A stretch of DNA of 62,673 nt, counting the filler, from Hausera hauseri (Eukaryota), in NCBI GenBank assembly GCA_046269625.1. It is 11 parts of 11 records of this genome, joined end to end, with 100 filler letters (N's around TTAATTAATTAA, not from the genome) between each part and the next. Parts side by side here need not be neighbours in the genome. Positions count along the whole stretch, not along the records: positions 47,745 to 52,174 come from JBJURY010586444.1; positions 52,275 to 56,890 come from JBJURY010502575.1; positions 56,991 to 62,673 come from JBJURY010207189.1; 8 more parts are not named here. The stretch is one strand, 5' to 3'. Below, piece after piece: positions 51,411 to 62,673 of this stretch. Under the pieces are notes generated by a model. The model saw only the letters and a list, made by a program, of their open reading frames with translations. It had not been told where the DNA came from and did no database searches. Both the position numbers and the translations under genes were made by a program. Position 1 is the stretch's first letter; every line of letters begins with the position of its first letter.

Positions 51411-51585
51411 GATCATTAATTGCATATATGGATATACATGATAGACCATCAACTACTCTAATAATAGACGAAGATGAAGAGGAAGGCCAGATGAATGGAG
51501 AAATCCTCAACCATCCATGATTTAAAGAACAATATGTGTGTGTCCTCATGACTATCACTGCTCATTGTTATTTATTATTGTCCAG

Positions 51586-51851
51586 GTGAACCTGGTACAC
51601 CTGGAATACCTGGCAGTCGTGGGCCACCTGGATTACCTGGGATTGGTTTACCGGGACCTGCAGGACCCCCAGGACCTCCAGGACCAGGGTTCAGATCTGT
51701 GAGTTTATTGGTTTAACCCTAGTATTACATTGTACAAGACTCATGCTGTAACAGCCAAGATTGCCTTTCTGTCAAATAAATCTTGAAATTTCCATTTCAG
51801 ACCTTTGAGGACATGGAGGCCTCTGGATTCCCTGAACTGGAAAGGGTTCAG
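51586..51851 (+). CDS. Two spliced exons (51586-51698, 51801-51851) of a collagen XV/XVIII (multiplexin), vertebrate-like
   Basis: AG/GT-bounded Gly-X-Y exon, then [17 protein letters not shown] (compare COL18A1 TFIDMEGSGF). Exon phases are compatible. Confidence 0.82.
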
Positions 51852-52888
51852 GTGAGAAGATTCTTCTCTGTGACATACTCAGCAGCTCAGGACTACATCT
51901 GTTCTTTTATGGCGGGAAAAATTAAAAATTATTCAGCTGGACTTTTATTCTTCAATAATTTACATGAATTGATGTCAATATCAAAGTCTGTATGATGATA
52001 TTTTTTTTTCTTAATTCCACAAATGGTGGACACCATTTAGCCTATTTTGTTTTTAGCTTTTCTTTAACAAATGTTTGTAACTTGCGTTCCATCGTCTCTG
52101 TGTTTTTCCCAGTTTTTTGGCCCATAAAACAATGCTGCCACAAATGGTCCACCGGGGTTTTTTCATTGCGAACTNNNNNNNNNNNNNNNNNNNNNNNNNN
52201 NNNNNNNNNNNNNNNNNNTTAATTAATTAANNNNNNNNNNNNNNNNNNNNNNNNNNNNNNNNNNNNNNNNNNNNAATCAACAAATCATTCATTCAGTCCA
52301 ACGTGTCATTAATCGGATCGGCAGGTTCTTCATGTGTATGATCGGCGCGTTCATCATCGGCTTCGGCAATTTTTCAATCTCACCTTGGAATATTCATCAA
52401 CGATGGCTTCAAACCGTTGAATTATGACCCAAATTACACGTATAACATTAAAGAATTATTTCAGGTAAATTAGTGCCTAAAGAGATTTGACATGGTTTTT
52501 CGTCAGTATCTTCAAATTTCTCAATCGCCGTTCATCTCTTTTGACGGAAATATTTTCGATCCATGTAACCGGAGACGCTTTTTTATGCATTAACTGTTTG
52601 ACTGGCTTATTTTTCTGAATCTTTTTAACCAAGTATTCAAGGGAATGAAGTAGATATTGTGCGGTGATCATTACGAAATACCGATTACTAACTTTCATAA
52701 ACGACCTTTGGTGAATAATTCGGCAGACAATGCTTGCATTGCGACGATATTTTAAACGTAGAATCATATACAAAACACGTTCCTTTAACAAAATGAAATA
52801 TTATTCAGAATAACGTTAGCGAATCGGGGATCAACCATTCCGGAAGATAATTCCACGTTTGTGTTAAAATCTGTAAAGTTCAATTCCA

Positions 52889-55800
52889 TAATGACTGCTG
52901 AATTAGGTGCAGTTGGAATATGGTGGCGCCCGAGCCCGCGGCACCACGCTACCCACCGTTACAAAAATGACGCTGTAAGAAGACAAAAGGTAGAAAGGGG
53001 AAAGTAAAGAGATGAAGCAGAACGGTGTAAGCGAACTAATGGGTCTTTGTATCGACGAGACGTTGAATTTTATCGGTATTTTGGTCTCTACTGTATTTGT
53101 TGAAAGTAACTGTCTTGCTTCGTTTGACGTGCTGTTTTAATGTCTGTTGAAGAGATTTGGGTGAAGTTAATTTTTGATTTGAGATTTCAGCAGGTTGAGA
53201 ACTGGTCGGTATGTCACTTAGTGTAGCTGATTGAGTTATTGAGGGTTTTGGAGTAGCAGGTTGTCGTGCAGGTAGAATGAAAGAAGAATTGAAGGAATTA
53301 AGAAAGTTTTGTGTGGATTCAGCTGAAGGTTCCTGTGTGTCATAGACGAAGAATGCAAGTTTTACGTTAGTTATGTGTACGTTTTGCTCTTTCTCATTTT
53401 TGAGTATTGTAACCGTGTGTGAATTTAGGTTGAGAACTTTAAATGGTCCTACATAGTTTGGTTATAATCCTGCAGGTGAAGGGTTTTTTAACCAAACGAA
53501 TTTTGCGTTGAATAGTGAATCAGGTAAATATGTTTTATTGCCATGTACAATTTTGCAGAAAGACTCCTGACTTAACTGAATAAAGTGATTTTGTGCGGAC
53601 CTAATAGTTTCGTCAGTTGGTATGTTGTCCAAATCGGTAAGTTCAAAGAGTGCACAAATTGTGGTACCAAAAAGTGCTTTAGTGGGTGCGCAACCAGTGG
53701 TAGTAGATGGCGTGTTGAGCCACCCGAGTAAAACGAAAGGAAAGATAGTAGTCCAGTTCGTATAAGTTTCGGCCAGAATTTTTAGGGAGATTTTAAGTGT
53801 GCGGTGAAAGCGTTCCAATAAGCCGTTCGACTGGGGGTGATATGGAGTTGTATGTATGTAATTTATGCCCAGTCGATTAACTAAAGACTTGAATAAATTC
53901 GATTCAAAATGAGGACCTTGGTCTGAAATTATATAGCGAGGTGAAAGGGATCCGGCTAATCCAAATTCTTATGAATGCATCAGCTATGGAATCTATATTA
54001 ATGGAGCGCAAAGGAACAGCTTCAGGCCAACGAGATGCGCAGTCCATTATTGTTAAAATGAATTGGTGGCCGTTATCCTAAGGTAATGGACCGACAATAT
54101 ATAGATGTACAGATTCAAAACGGGACGTGCAGGAAAAGTGGAATAAAGGAGGCTTGAGATGTTTAGCTACTTTGAATTTTTGACAAGCCACACATTGCCT
54201 AACCCAGTTCTGTACGTTAGACCTCATTGATTGCCATGTAACGTGACGTTTAAGAAGGCGAAATGTAGCCTTCGTACCTGGGTGATGTAACAAATGTATG
54301 TAGTTAAATGCCATTTGTTGTAGGGAAGGTGCCAAATGTTTCCCAGGTGTCGACGTGTCCATGGCTATTCAGTCGATGATTTTGACGGATTTGTACTGTT
54401 TAAGAATTTCAGCTGAAGGGGAATTTTGGATTAATTGTTCCCTAGAGAATATTGGTGTGGAACTAATAGCACCAACTGACCGTGATAAGAAATAAGCTAT
54501 TAAATTGTCTGTGCCAAAAATGTGACAAATTTTAAAGTTGAATGTTGACAGATATGAGATATGGCGTGGTGAAAGTGGGCAGAGTTTTGCCTAACGGGCC
54601 TAGTATTTTCTGTGATGATATGATGAAACGTCGTGTTAGCCGGTCGAAATAGTGGGTCTTTTTTATTGTATGAAAACAAGACTTGGTTAAATATTGTTGC
54701 ATTTCTTGGCTAAGCGTAGTAAAGGTTGTTGTTGTCACGGCAGTGGCTTGATTTAACTTAGTGTGATAAACGGTAGAAATCGGGACGCCTAAATCGGACT
54801 TAAACAGAAACGTAGGATTATTTATTTTGGTATTAATAAGGTTTTTATTCACATTGGTTAATGGTTTTTTTAATATTGATTTTATAGTCGAGATAGGCTG
54901 CATGACTGGTTGGTTATTTGTAGATGTCGGCTTTGTTGAACTGCTTTTAATGATCCGACGTAGTCTACAATCTACAAGGAGGTTGTAGAAAGATAAGAAA
55001 TCAGACCCAAGTATCGGAGATTGTGTGTCGGCAACGATGAAAGTCCAATCAAAATTGTTAGAGAATGGTGGTAATGTGAATGAAAACTTGGCCGTGCCGA
55101 AAACACGTAAAGCTTGGCCATTAGCTGTGTACAACGTGTGTTAAATGGTGAAATGGCTATTGTTTGGATGTAAAGTGGTAACAAAGAGACTGCGGCCCCT
55201 GAATCAATGAGGAAGTTGATTGATTGATTGATTGGATTTGGAAGTTAAAGAAGCTTTTATGTAAAAACGGTATAAGTACGGCTATCATGATGAAGACGTT
55301 TGCCTGTGCCAGCAGGTGCAGAAACATCTGGCGGCTTTATGACTTTTTTGGAGGCACAGGATTTATGTCGTTGGAAGGGGTAGGTCGTGATGGATTAAAT
55401 TGGTTAACATAGGTGCAACCTGTAGCGCAGTTCTGTGCTTTAGAATTAAATTTATTATGGTAAATGCAGATAATATCAGATCGTTTGAAATGGGGAGCAT
55501 AAAATCTGCGACCTAAGCAACATTTAGTAGAGTTATTTTTGAATTTGGTGTGGTAGTAACACACCATTGATCGTGTAGGTGACCTTGCATGCCTTGAATT
55601 TTGAGATGAAGTGCGGCTATGGTTTGCATCGAAACGATTTCTTCTTGTCATGGTCAAGGCTTCAATTTTTGACGTGAGTGCAGAAATTGCTTGGTGTATG
55701 TTGGTGTTTTCAGAACGTAAAGAATTTACCTGGGAGTTCAGATTAAATATGTCTTTAGCCTGAAAAGTTGTCGGTGCTTGTAGCGTAGCTGCTACTAATG

Positions 55801-56366
55801 GGGCCGTATGTGCATGTAATATCTCTTGGCTTTTGTCAGCTACTTGTGCTAGTTTTTGTAGTGACGATGTGTCCTCTACTATGGTCAACAGTGCACGTAT
55901 GTCTTTAGGTAAAGACTGCAAAAAATATCGGCGTTGTTTGCTTGATTAACGTCAAAAGTACTCAACTGAGTTAGTGAGGTTTGAAGAAATTCCGAAGGTT
56001 TCAATGTGCCTATGGTGTTGTCGTTAAAATATTTGTGGATAATGTTATCCAGAGATGGTTCAGTGATTTTTAAAATCGAGTTAAAACTTTTGTATGGGTC
56101 ACTGCTTTGGAAAATTTCCGAAAATTTGGGAAGCTGCGACTTAATGTTGGAAGGCAAAAGTATAAGCAAGCTGTTTGCTTTTAGAAAAGAGTCGACAATA
56201 TTATTGGACTTCAACCAAGCCGCATAAAAGTCAAACCACGTCCGACTGGAATGTTGCTTGGTAGGTTTACAATAGACGACGGAGGTAAAGGTGAATTTAG
56301 CGGTACGCTTATAGTACGAATGTCGGCAAAGTCTTGTTGGTCCTTAGATAAGGCTTTTGGATCGGA
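52889..56366 (-). mobile_element. CsRn1-like Ty3/gypsy element lacking RT and most RNase H, with PPT and start of 3' LTR (family copy 4)
   Basis: Close nucleotide match to copy 3 across gag, protease and integrase. Deletion junction at ~54566. PPT GGTGGGTAG at 52949-52957. Confidence 0.93.
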
Positions 56367-56580
56367 TCCACCTAACAGACGGTAGTGTACAGTCAATATA
56401 GATGTTGAAGATGAGTGGGTGTAATGTCGGATTGTCGGAGAAAAAGTTTATTAAAACTAAGGCAAAAATTAGCAAGAGTCGTTTGTCGTTGTAACATGCC
56501 TGACAATTTTGCAATTGTTGCTGATTTGTGGATGTAGTAGGTTTGTGTATGCTTTTTTCGAATAACAAGATTAGTGGAAC
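56367..56580 (-). pseudogene. Ubiquitin-like domain with di-Gly (copy 4, two frameshifts)
   Basis: VPLILLFEK / KHTQTYYIHKSATIAKLSGMLQRQTTLANFCLSFNKLFLRQSDI / LTVHYRLLGG|SDP. GG codons at 56367-56372. Confidence 0.75.
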
Positions 56581-58678
56581 GAAATTGTCACATACGTCGG
56601 GTGTGCAATGTGGTGCATAAAACACGGGCGCGCCCAAAATCCCTGCGGTGTAATGGCTGACCTGCCCAATCATGGTGGTATCCGGAACATTAGATCTAGA
56701 TATGACCTGGAACATTCGATCAGTTGTTTCGGAAAACAATAAGTTAAACCCGGGATCATTGGGTTTATTCGCTCGAATTCAGCGTACAAATGTCGTTGAT
56801 GTTTTTACAGTTCACTATTTGCTTTGGCAAAATCGATATTCGTAGAATTGCACCGGATTTCCAAATAAAAGTCAACTCTGTAAAAAAATTNNNNNNNNNN
56901 NNNNNNNNNNNNNNNNNNNNNNNNNNNNNNNNNNTTAATTAATTAANNNNNNNNNNNNNNNNNNNNNNNNNNNNNNNNNNNNNNNNNNNNGTAAATTACA
57001 CATTGATTCTTTAATGACATAATGTCATTTTGATTGGATGTTTTTTCTATCCCTTTTCACACGATATTTCTATTAAAAGTATCAGTTTAGGAAATAAATG
57101 TAACGGTGGTACTTCAATATCCATTTGTTTAGTTTGTAGTTTCTATACTTGGTCATATGAATATATGAATAAAAAGTATTTTGAATTAAAAATCAATGCG
57201 TTATCGTTATATTTGAGCCAATTATTAGACATTCTCGAATGATTCCTAATTAAAATTTATTCAACGGGTCTAAATCAATCCTGCTTTGGTAGATAGCCCC
57301 TTCAACATCACAAGTTCAACCTTTAATCTACGTAAAACAATAGTAGGAGGCCGGTGTTTTTCCTGAACCGAACTTACACAGAAAGACCAATTAATTGCAG
57401 AATAAATAGTTTGTAGAAATTAAGTATTGCAGTCGAATGACCCAGTCCACATCTAACATCAAAATTCAACACATTTCCACCAACTAGGCATTTGACTGTG
57501 TGCTTCTATAAGGCGCTATAGATACGTGTTCATTGATTATATTATCCTAACTTTCTGTAAATCGGTTCCATTTTAATTTTCATGTATCTAGATCAGTGTC
57601 ACCAGGCACAGTTTGTCTTTACAATTAAAATTATACATTTCTGGTGCAGAACTTAAAATCCACTGTGTATGAATGGCGAATTTTGTTGTGCAAACATTAC
57701 AAACATTACCAAAACTTTCGAATTTACAAATTATTATTGTCCTAACCGTTTCTGCTCAGCAATATAAAACACTTGGAGTCTTCCACAGAAACGGCATTTG
57801 AAGTTGAAATTACATCCATGGATTACAAATTTTCCCTCAAATATCTTTCGCATATAAACAACAGCTTTTGCTTCAAAATTTGGTCACCGGTACGACGTAC
57901 TTTCATTAAATTCCTTTCTTAATGTATCAAGACCAATTTCTGTTGAAATTAAAGTACTCGTCTTTTTACCTTTGCTTTTGATGGATCTCGATTCACTATA
58001 ACCTTTACTTAGTGACTTCGACGATTTTTTCCTTTTATCATTTCTATTGAAAATGGTAATTTTGAGTTACCAATTCTTATGGAAACCGAAAAGATTACGA
58101 CCAAAAATTAGATCACATAAACCTACTTATCATCGCTAAAGACAAATTAGGACTTACCCACAAATCTCAATACATTTGTAACAACTTAAATATTTTCCTC
58201 TCTAATACAATATGTCCAAACAAAATATAGGAACATCTATCATTGATAAATAATTTTATACGCATCATTACAAAATTTTTTACACGATTTTAATCAACAA
58301 ATAAAAAGAACTTCACAATCTTTTTATTCTTCTCCAATTTCTGATCATTTAGAGTTGGAAATGAGAAACACGGACATTTCCATTTGTTGTCAATTAATCA
58401 CACAAATTCATTAAATAAACTAAACATGATTATTATGTAACAAACAAACGAGTTGTTTCCGCAAACAAACACACAAACAAGTCGACATTTATTGTCATCT
58501 GGACAAAAACGTGTCAAATACTACCGTAATACAAATCCGTCTAAAACAGACAATAAGGATAACCCATTCATTCAATGTCACTGTGCATCCTCACCGAATA
58601 TTTGTATCTGTGTGGCAAGGAATTTCCAATGAACTATCTAGGAACCGACAAAATAATCTTTATTGAAACTCCATTTGT

Positions 58679-59873
58679 TTATTTACAAAGAAAAGGATGT
58701 TTTATCACCTCGCTAGCAGTCAGACGATTTTTAAAATTACATTGCAGCATTTTATTCTGTCAAATCGATGGCATCAGAGAATTGATAATATTTACATAAA
58801 CTTCTCAATGGTTTTAAATCAACTGAACCACCGAAATTCGTCTTCCTCAATGTGTAATCCCCATGGAAATATTTTTTGCGGATATCTTTCGTGCACCGGT
58901 CAACAACTGATTTGGAGAAACCGCCTAAAAATTGATGGATTAAATAAAGATGTTCGGCGGTATCATTTGGCATAAAAATCGTATCGCCCGTGAACAACTC
59001 GTATAATATACAGCCAATCGACCACATATCAATGCCGAATGACCACTCCTGTTCCAAAATCACTTCCGGCGCACGGTAATGTCTTGTCTGGCAATGATTT
59101 TTCTGTACGCTACCACAAACTGCCATTCCAAAATCGATGATTTTAATTCGTAAATTTCGTAGCTTTTTAAATTTGGATCTGTCTCGTGTGCAGCAATCGG
59201 TTGTGTCGTCAACAAACAAAATATTTTCTGGTTTAAGGTCGGTGTGTTTGATGTGCAATGAATGGATGAACTCAACGGCTTCCACTAATTGAACCATGAT
59301 TTGTTGCGTTTCGTATAAATTAAATGGGACAAATCAATTACGCTTTAAAAAATCGTATAAATTGCATGAATACAAAGGAAAAACAATGCAGTGCTGATTA
59401 CTAACGGAATCACAGAACAGATCAATTAACTGAATGATGTTCTTATCACCGTGCTTATCTGCTTCTGCCAACTTTCTCAGTATCGATATTTCATTGAGTG
59501 CCGACTTGTCGTCATCCAGATATTTAAGGAATTTAATGGCCACTTTCAAATTGGCTGTCGCTACATCCGTACAAGAACAAACGAATCCAAAACTGCCTTT
59601 GCCCAGCTGTTTATCAACACGATAGCGATTCTCGACGATCAACCCAATTTCCGGTGCATTCTCCACTTTTTTATTTTTATTCGTTCCGCGTCCCCTATCG
59701 CCGTTCACAAGTCTATCATGGTGATTCCTAGTTCCGCCCAACCTCAAGCTTTTTGACAAAATGGGATTTGGTATGACTTGAGAACGCAGAGTTTTGTGCT
59801 TACTCTGTTTGCTTTCCCTGTTAATTTTATCAAAATATATAATATTGCATTTTAAGTATGATAATAATAACAT
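58679..59873 (-). pseudogene. Divergent CLK/LAMMER-family protein kinase, intronless, with one in-frame TGA and one frameshift
   Basis: LGKGSFG, VAIK, HTDLKPENILF, DFG, QTRHYRAPEVIL, EHLYLIHQFLG. ORFs 59334-59873 and 58752-59297 share a frame. The tail KMLQ..RLTASEVIKHPF* is in a shifted frame ending at 58679. Confidence 0.85.
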
Positions 59874-62059
59874 TTTTTATAAAATAAAACCAACTAGATA
59901 AAAGACAAAAAAATGAATCGCCTCCTAGCACATACCTTTCAGATGGTGACAGTTTCATACATTTTGACGAAGAATAACCCGATGAATCGCTCATTTTTCG
60001 CTTCATTTTATCTTATGAACTGACTTCAGAAAAATAAGATTTGTTTACCAACCGTTCTAGAAAGTAAGAGAATTAGAAGATTCCATATCAATATATATTT
60101 TGTTTATATAAATGACATTATTCAAACAAATTATCCCATATTTTCTAACTTAGAATAAATGGATTGCAAAAAATGATTTATTAAAACAAAATAAAATAAC
60201 AAGACGGGATTTCTGAAACATTTTTATTTACTGAAAACATCGGGTAAATTCATCTAGCTTGCCATACACAACTTTTTGTAACGTGTAAAATAAGGAAACG
60301 AAATTTATAAATTTTGATTTAAGAAATTGTTTTCGTAATCTTTCTTTGTAAGATCGGCAAAAATGAGCTATATTTTTATGTTACAAATTTTCATGACGTG
60401 TAAAATAAGCGCACAAATTTTTCTTCTTTTTAGCTATTGACTCCGCAAATGAAGAAAGAAATTAATTATTCTTGATTTTATTTGATTATTATTTATTCTG
60501 TAATAATTTATTGGTTAATGAATTAATTTGGATTGTGCTTTATTGGTTTAAATACAGAAAATTACCAAATTTATGAGTGTATATACACCTATTGTTTTGT
60601 ACATTGAGACATAAATCTTTCCCTAACAATGTTAAAAATACGCCTTTGTAATGTAATTCTTTATATTCTTGGAGGCAAATTCATAATTATTTGATACGTA
60701 TCTAAGTTCTTGTACATCCTGAACACTCATCAATAAATAGTGCAACATATACTAAATTCTACATTGACTTAATAACGAAAATAGGATTAAATTAATGTAA
60801 TAGCTTAAAATCATACATTGTATGCATGAGAATTCTTTCACGGAACTAGTTTCCTTTGTCAATATTTATTGATTTGTCGCTCAATCAATTTAACGGAATA
60901 TTTTATTCTTTTTCGTTATTAAATTTTTAGCTTATTATGTTATATAGTGTTTATACCTTTAAATAACTGCGTGAGGTATATTCACCCAATAGTATTTGAG
61001 ATGGTTTTATAATTGTTTACAAGTTAATTAATTCATTTGGTGCATTAAAACAATAAATGTCATACGAAGTGTACATAAATTTTTACAAAAAACTTTGAAT
61101 TCTGAGAAATAAAAAATGAAAATAGACTTATCTTGTACCAACAAAAGTATATAACAAATTTAAATTATTCCTGGTTTGAAATTATGGGTTCCATATTTTA
61201 TGAATTACCAGCGTTTAATGATTAAATTTTTTTTCATTACATTATCAATTTTATTCAATTCTGAAATTTTATTTTTGTTATGGAATATTTTGTGTGGTTT
61301 AGATAAATGTACAAAAACATAATGTAAAGAACAATTCAAAATTGCCTTATACAATACAATTTCTTTAGAATTTTTGTGCAAATTAACACATTGTATGCGG
61401 GAAACAGGAATTACACTCATTAGGGCTCCACTCGTTGTAATTTCTGTTTATGAAAAACTTTGTGATAGTGGGTGACTGTTATACATGTTTATTATAGTAT
61501 GTTCTTGTAAATTTATAGAAGAAATGTCATTAATTTTCATTTTTGCTCATGGTAGATTTTATTTTTAGTGTACATATTAATGTATCTAGTTTAGAAATAA
61601 ACTTCATGGGAATACAGGTGTTGGTGTTTTCTTTTTAAAACAATTTGAAAAATCGAGCTCGAACGATTTAATATGATTGAACCGATTACGCTCCGACGCT
61701 AATATCTTATCCCGTTAGCAAGTCACATTCAACTAGCCCCGCATATAATGTAAAATTAAAGAATTAATAACCGATGATAGGTTACAAATTGTACGACCAA
61801 TATTAGGTCACTATTGAAAGCGAATTACATTTTTTATTTCCTTGCCCTCAAAAAGTTTATAAACCTAAGTCTTTATTTGAGGTAATTGAATTCAAAATTC
61901 ATTGAAGGATCAAATCGTCATTTCATTACACAGTAATTTTATTGTAGACAATAAAACTAGGCTGAAACATTACCGGCAACGTGCCAGAAATTAAATCCAG
62001 TTAGGCTTATATTACTAAAGCTTGTTTAACCACATTTTCTGGTAATAACCCCTCTACAG

Positions 62060-62605
62060 ATTCTCCATGAGAGTCGTTTTGGGCGGTATAACCTATCCCC
62101 CTGGCGAGGGGAAAAAGAAGAGTGATGCCAAAAAAGCTGCAGCTCAGAATGCCCTAGATTGTCTGAATGGTCGTCAAAACTTGGTAAGATAATTTCTCTT
62201 TTTTTACTCAATTTAAATGTGAAAGAAAACATGCATCGATTAATGTTTTAACAGGCGGAAACCTCAGTTGAAGCTTCAGCTCTGGTTGGTAATTCAAGTG
62301 TGAACTACATATGTTGGCTCAATGAATACGGTCAGAAGAACATGGTGGAGGTAAAGCCGACGGAGACAACCAGACCTGGACCCCATAATCAAACTCAGTA
62401 AGTCTCCACCATCAATCAAGTTTGACTACAGGGAGTAATCATTAGATATTTATCAAATAATTATGTGTTTAATTAAACTAGCTGGTGTAGGTTTAAGGTT
62501 GGTGACAAGGAATATCCAGAGGTTTGTGGGAAGACGGAGAGAGAAGCCAAGGAGAAGGCAGCCAAGTTGGTGTACGATACGATCAACGGGAATGTAGCCG
62601 CAGAT
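62060..62605 (+). CDS. eif2ak2: Three spliced exons (62060-62183, 62255-62397, 62482-62605) encoding dsRNA-binding motifs of teleost PKR
   Basis: Canonical AG/GT sites with compatible phases. FSMRVVLGGITYPPGEGKKKSDAKKAAAQNAL; NYICWLNEYGQKN; FKVGDKEYPEVCGKTEREAKEKAAKLVY. Confidence 0.82.
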
Positions 62606-62673
62606 GTAAGTACTGAAACACGCCAGGGGTTGTACTACGATGCGAGTTCAACACAGCTGGGCTTCTTTTTCAT

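Noticed and set aside
4430-56990. Recurring TTAATTAATTAA flanked by N runs as a biological repeat or array
   Set aside because: Fixed 100-bp structure with stops in six frames is a concatenation linker. No cross-contig synteny can be inferred.
59334-59336. Alternative genetic code or selenocysteine at the kinase TGA
   Set aside because: Single instance, the gene also has a frameshift, and TGG is used for Trp throughout the intact contig 1 ORF.

Overview
This is not one locus. It is 11 eukaryotic contigs of about 4-8.6 kb joined by ten artificial 100-bp spacers (N44-TTAATTAATTAA-N44). Two kinds of DNA are mixed: an AT-rich, transposon-rich invertebrate (inferred to be a fish parasite, possibly a flatworm) and teleost fish DNA (LINEs, a SINE, spliced PKR-like and collagen XV/XVIII-like exons). 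Most content is degraded transposable elements: Ty3/gypsy, BEL/Pao, CR1/L2/RTE LINEs and a nested hAT. The main discovery is a CsRn1-clade-like Ty3/gypsy family present in four contigs (1, 3, 7, 10). In each, Gag is directly preceded by a ~75-aa ubiquitin-like domain ending in di-glycine (FRIRGG, IHIRGG, YSLLGG, YRLLGG). Upstream of it, three copies carry different strings of intronless host-gene fragments in the same orientation. Contig 1 is one stop-free 1475-codon minus-strand frame (3..4427) that the ORF track missed: M1 aminopeptidase - Ebony-like adenylation domain - PH-like domain - UBL(GG) - Gag. Contig 3 carries Brr2/Sec63 plus PPP1R37-like LRR fragments, and contig 7 carries CHD1 plus IDE/M16 fragments. 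Inferred model: a retrotransposon that captures host coding fragments in frame and frees Gag by cleavage after the UBL. Family assignments come from motif recognition by eye, with no database searches.
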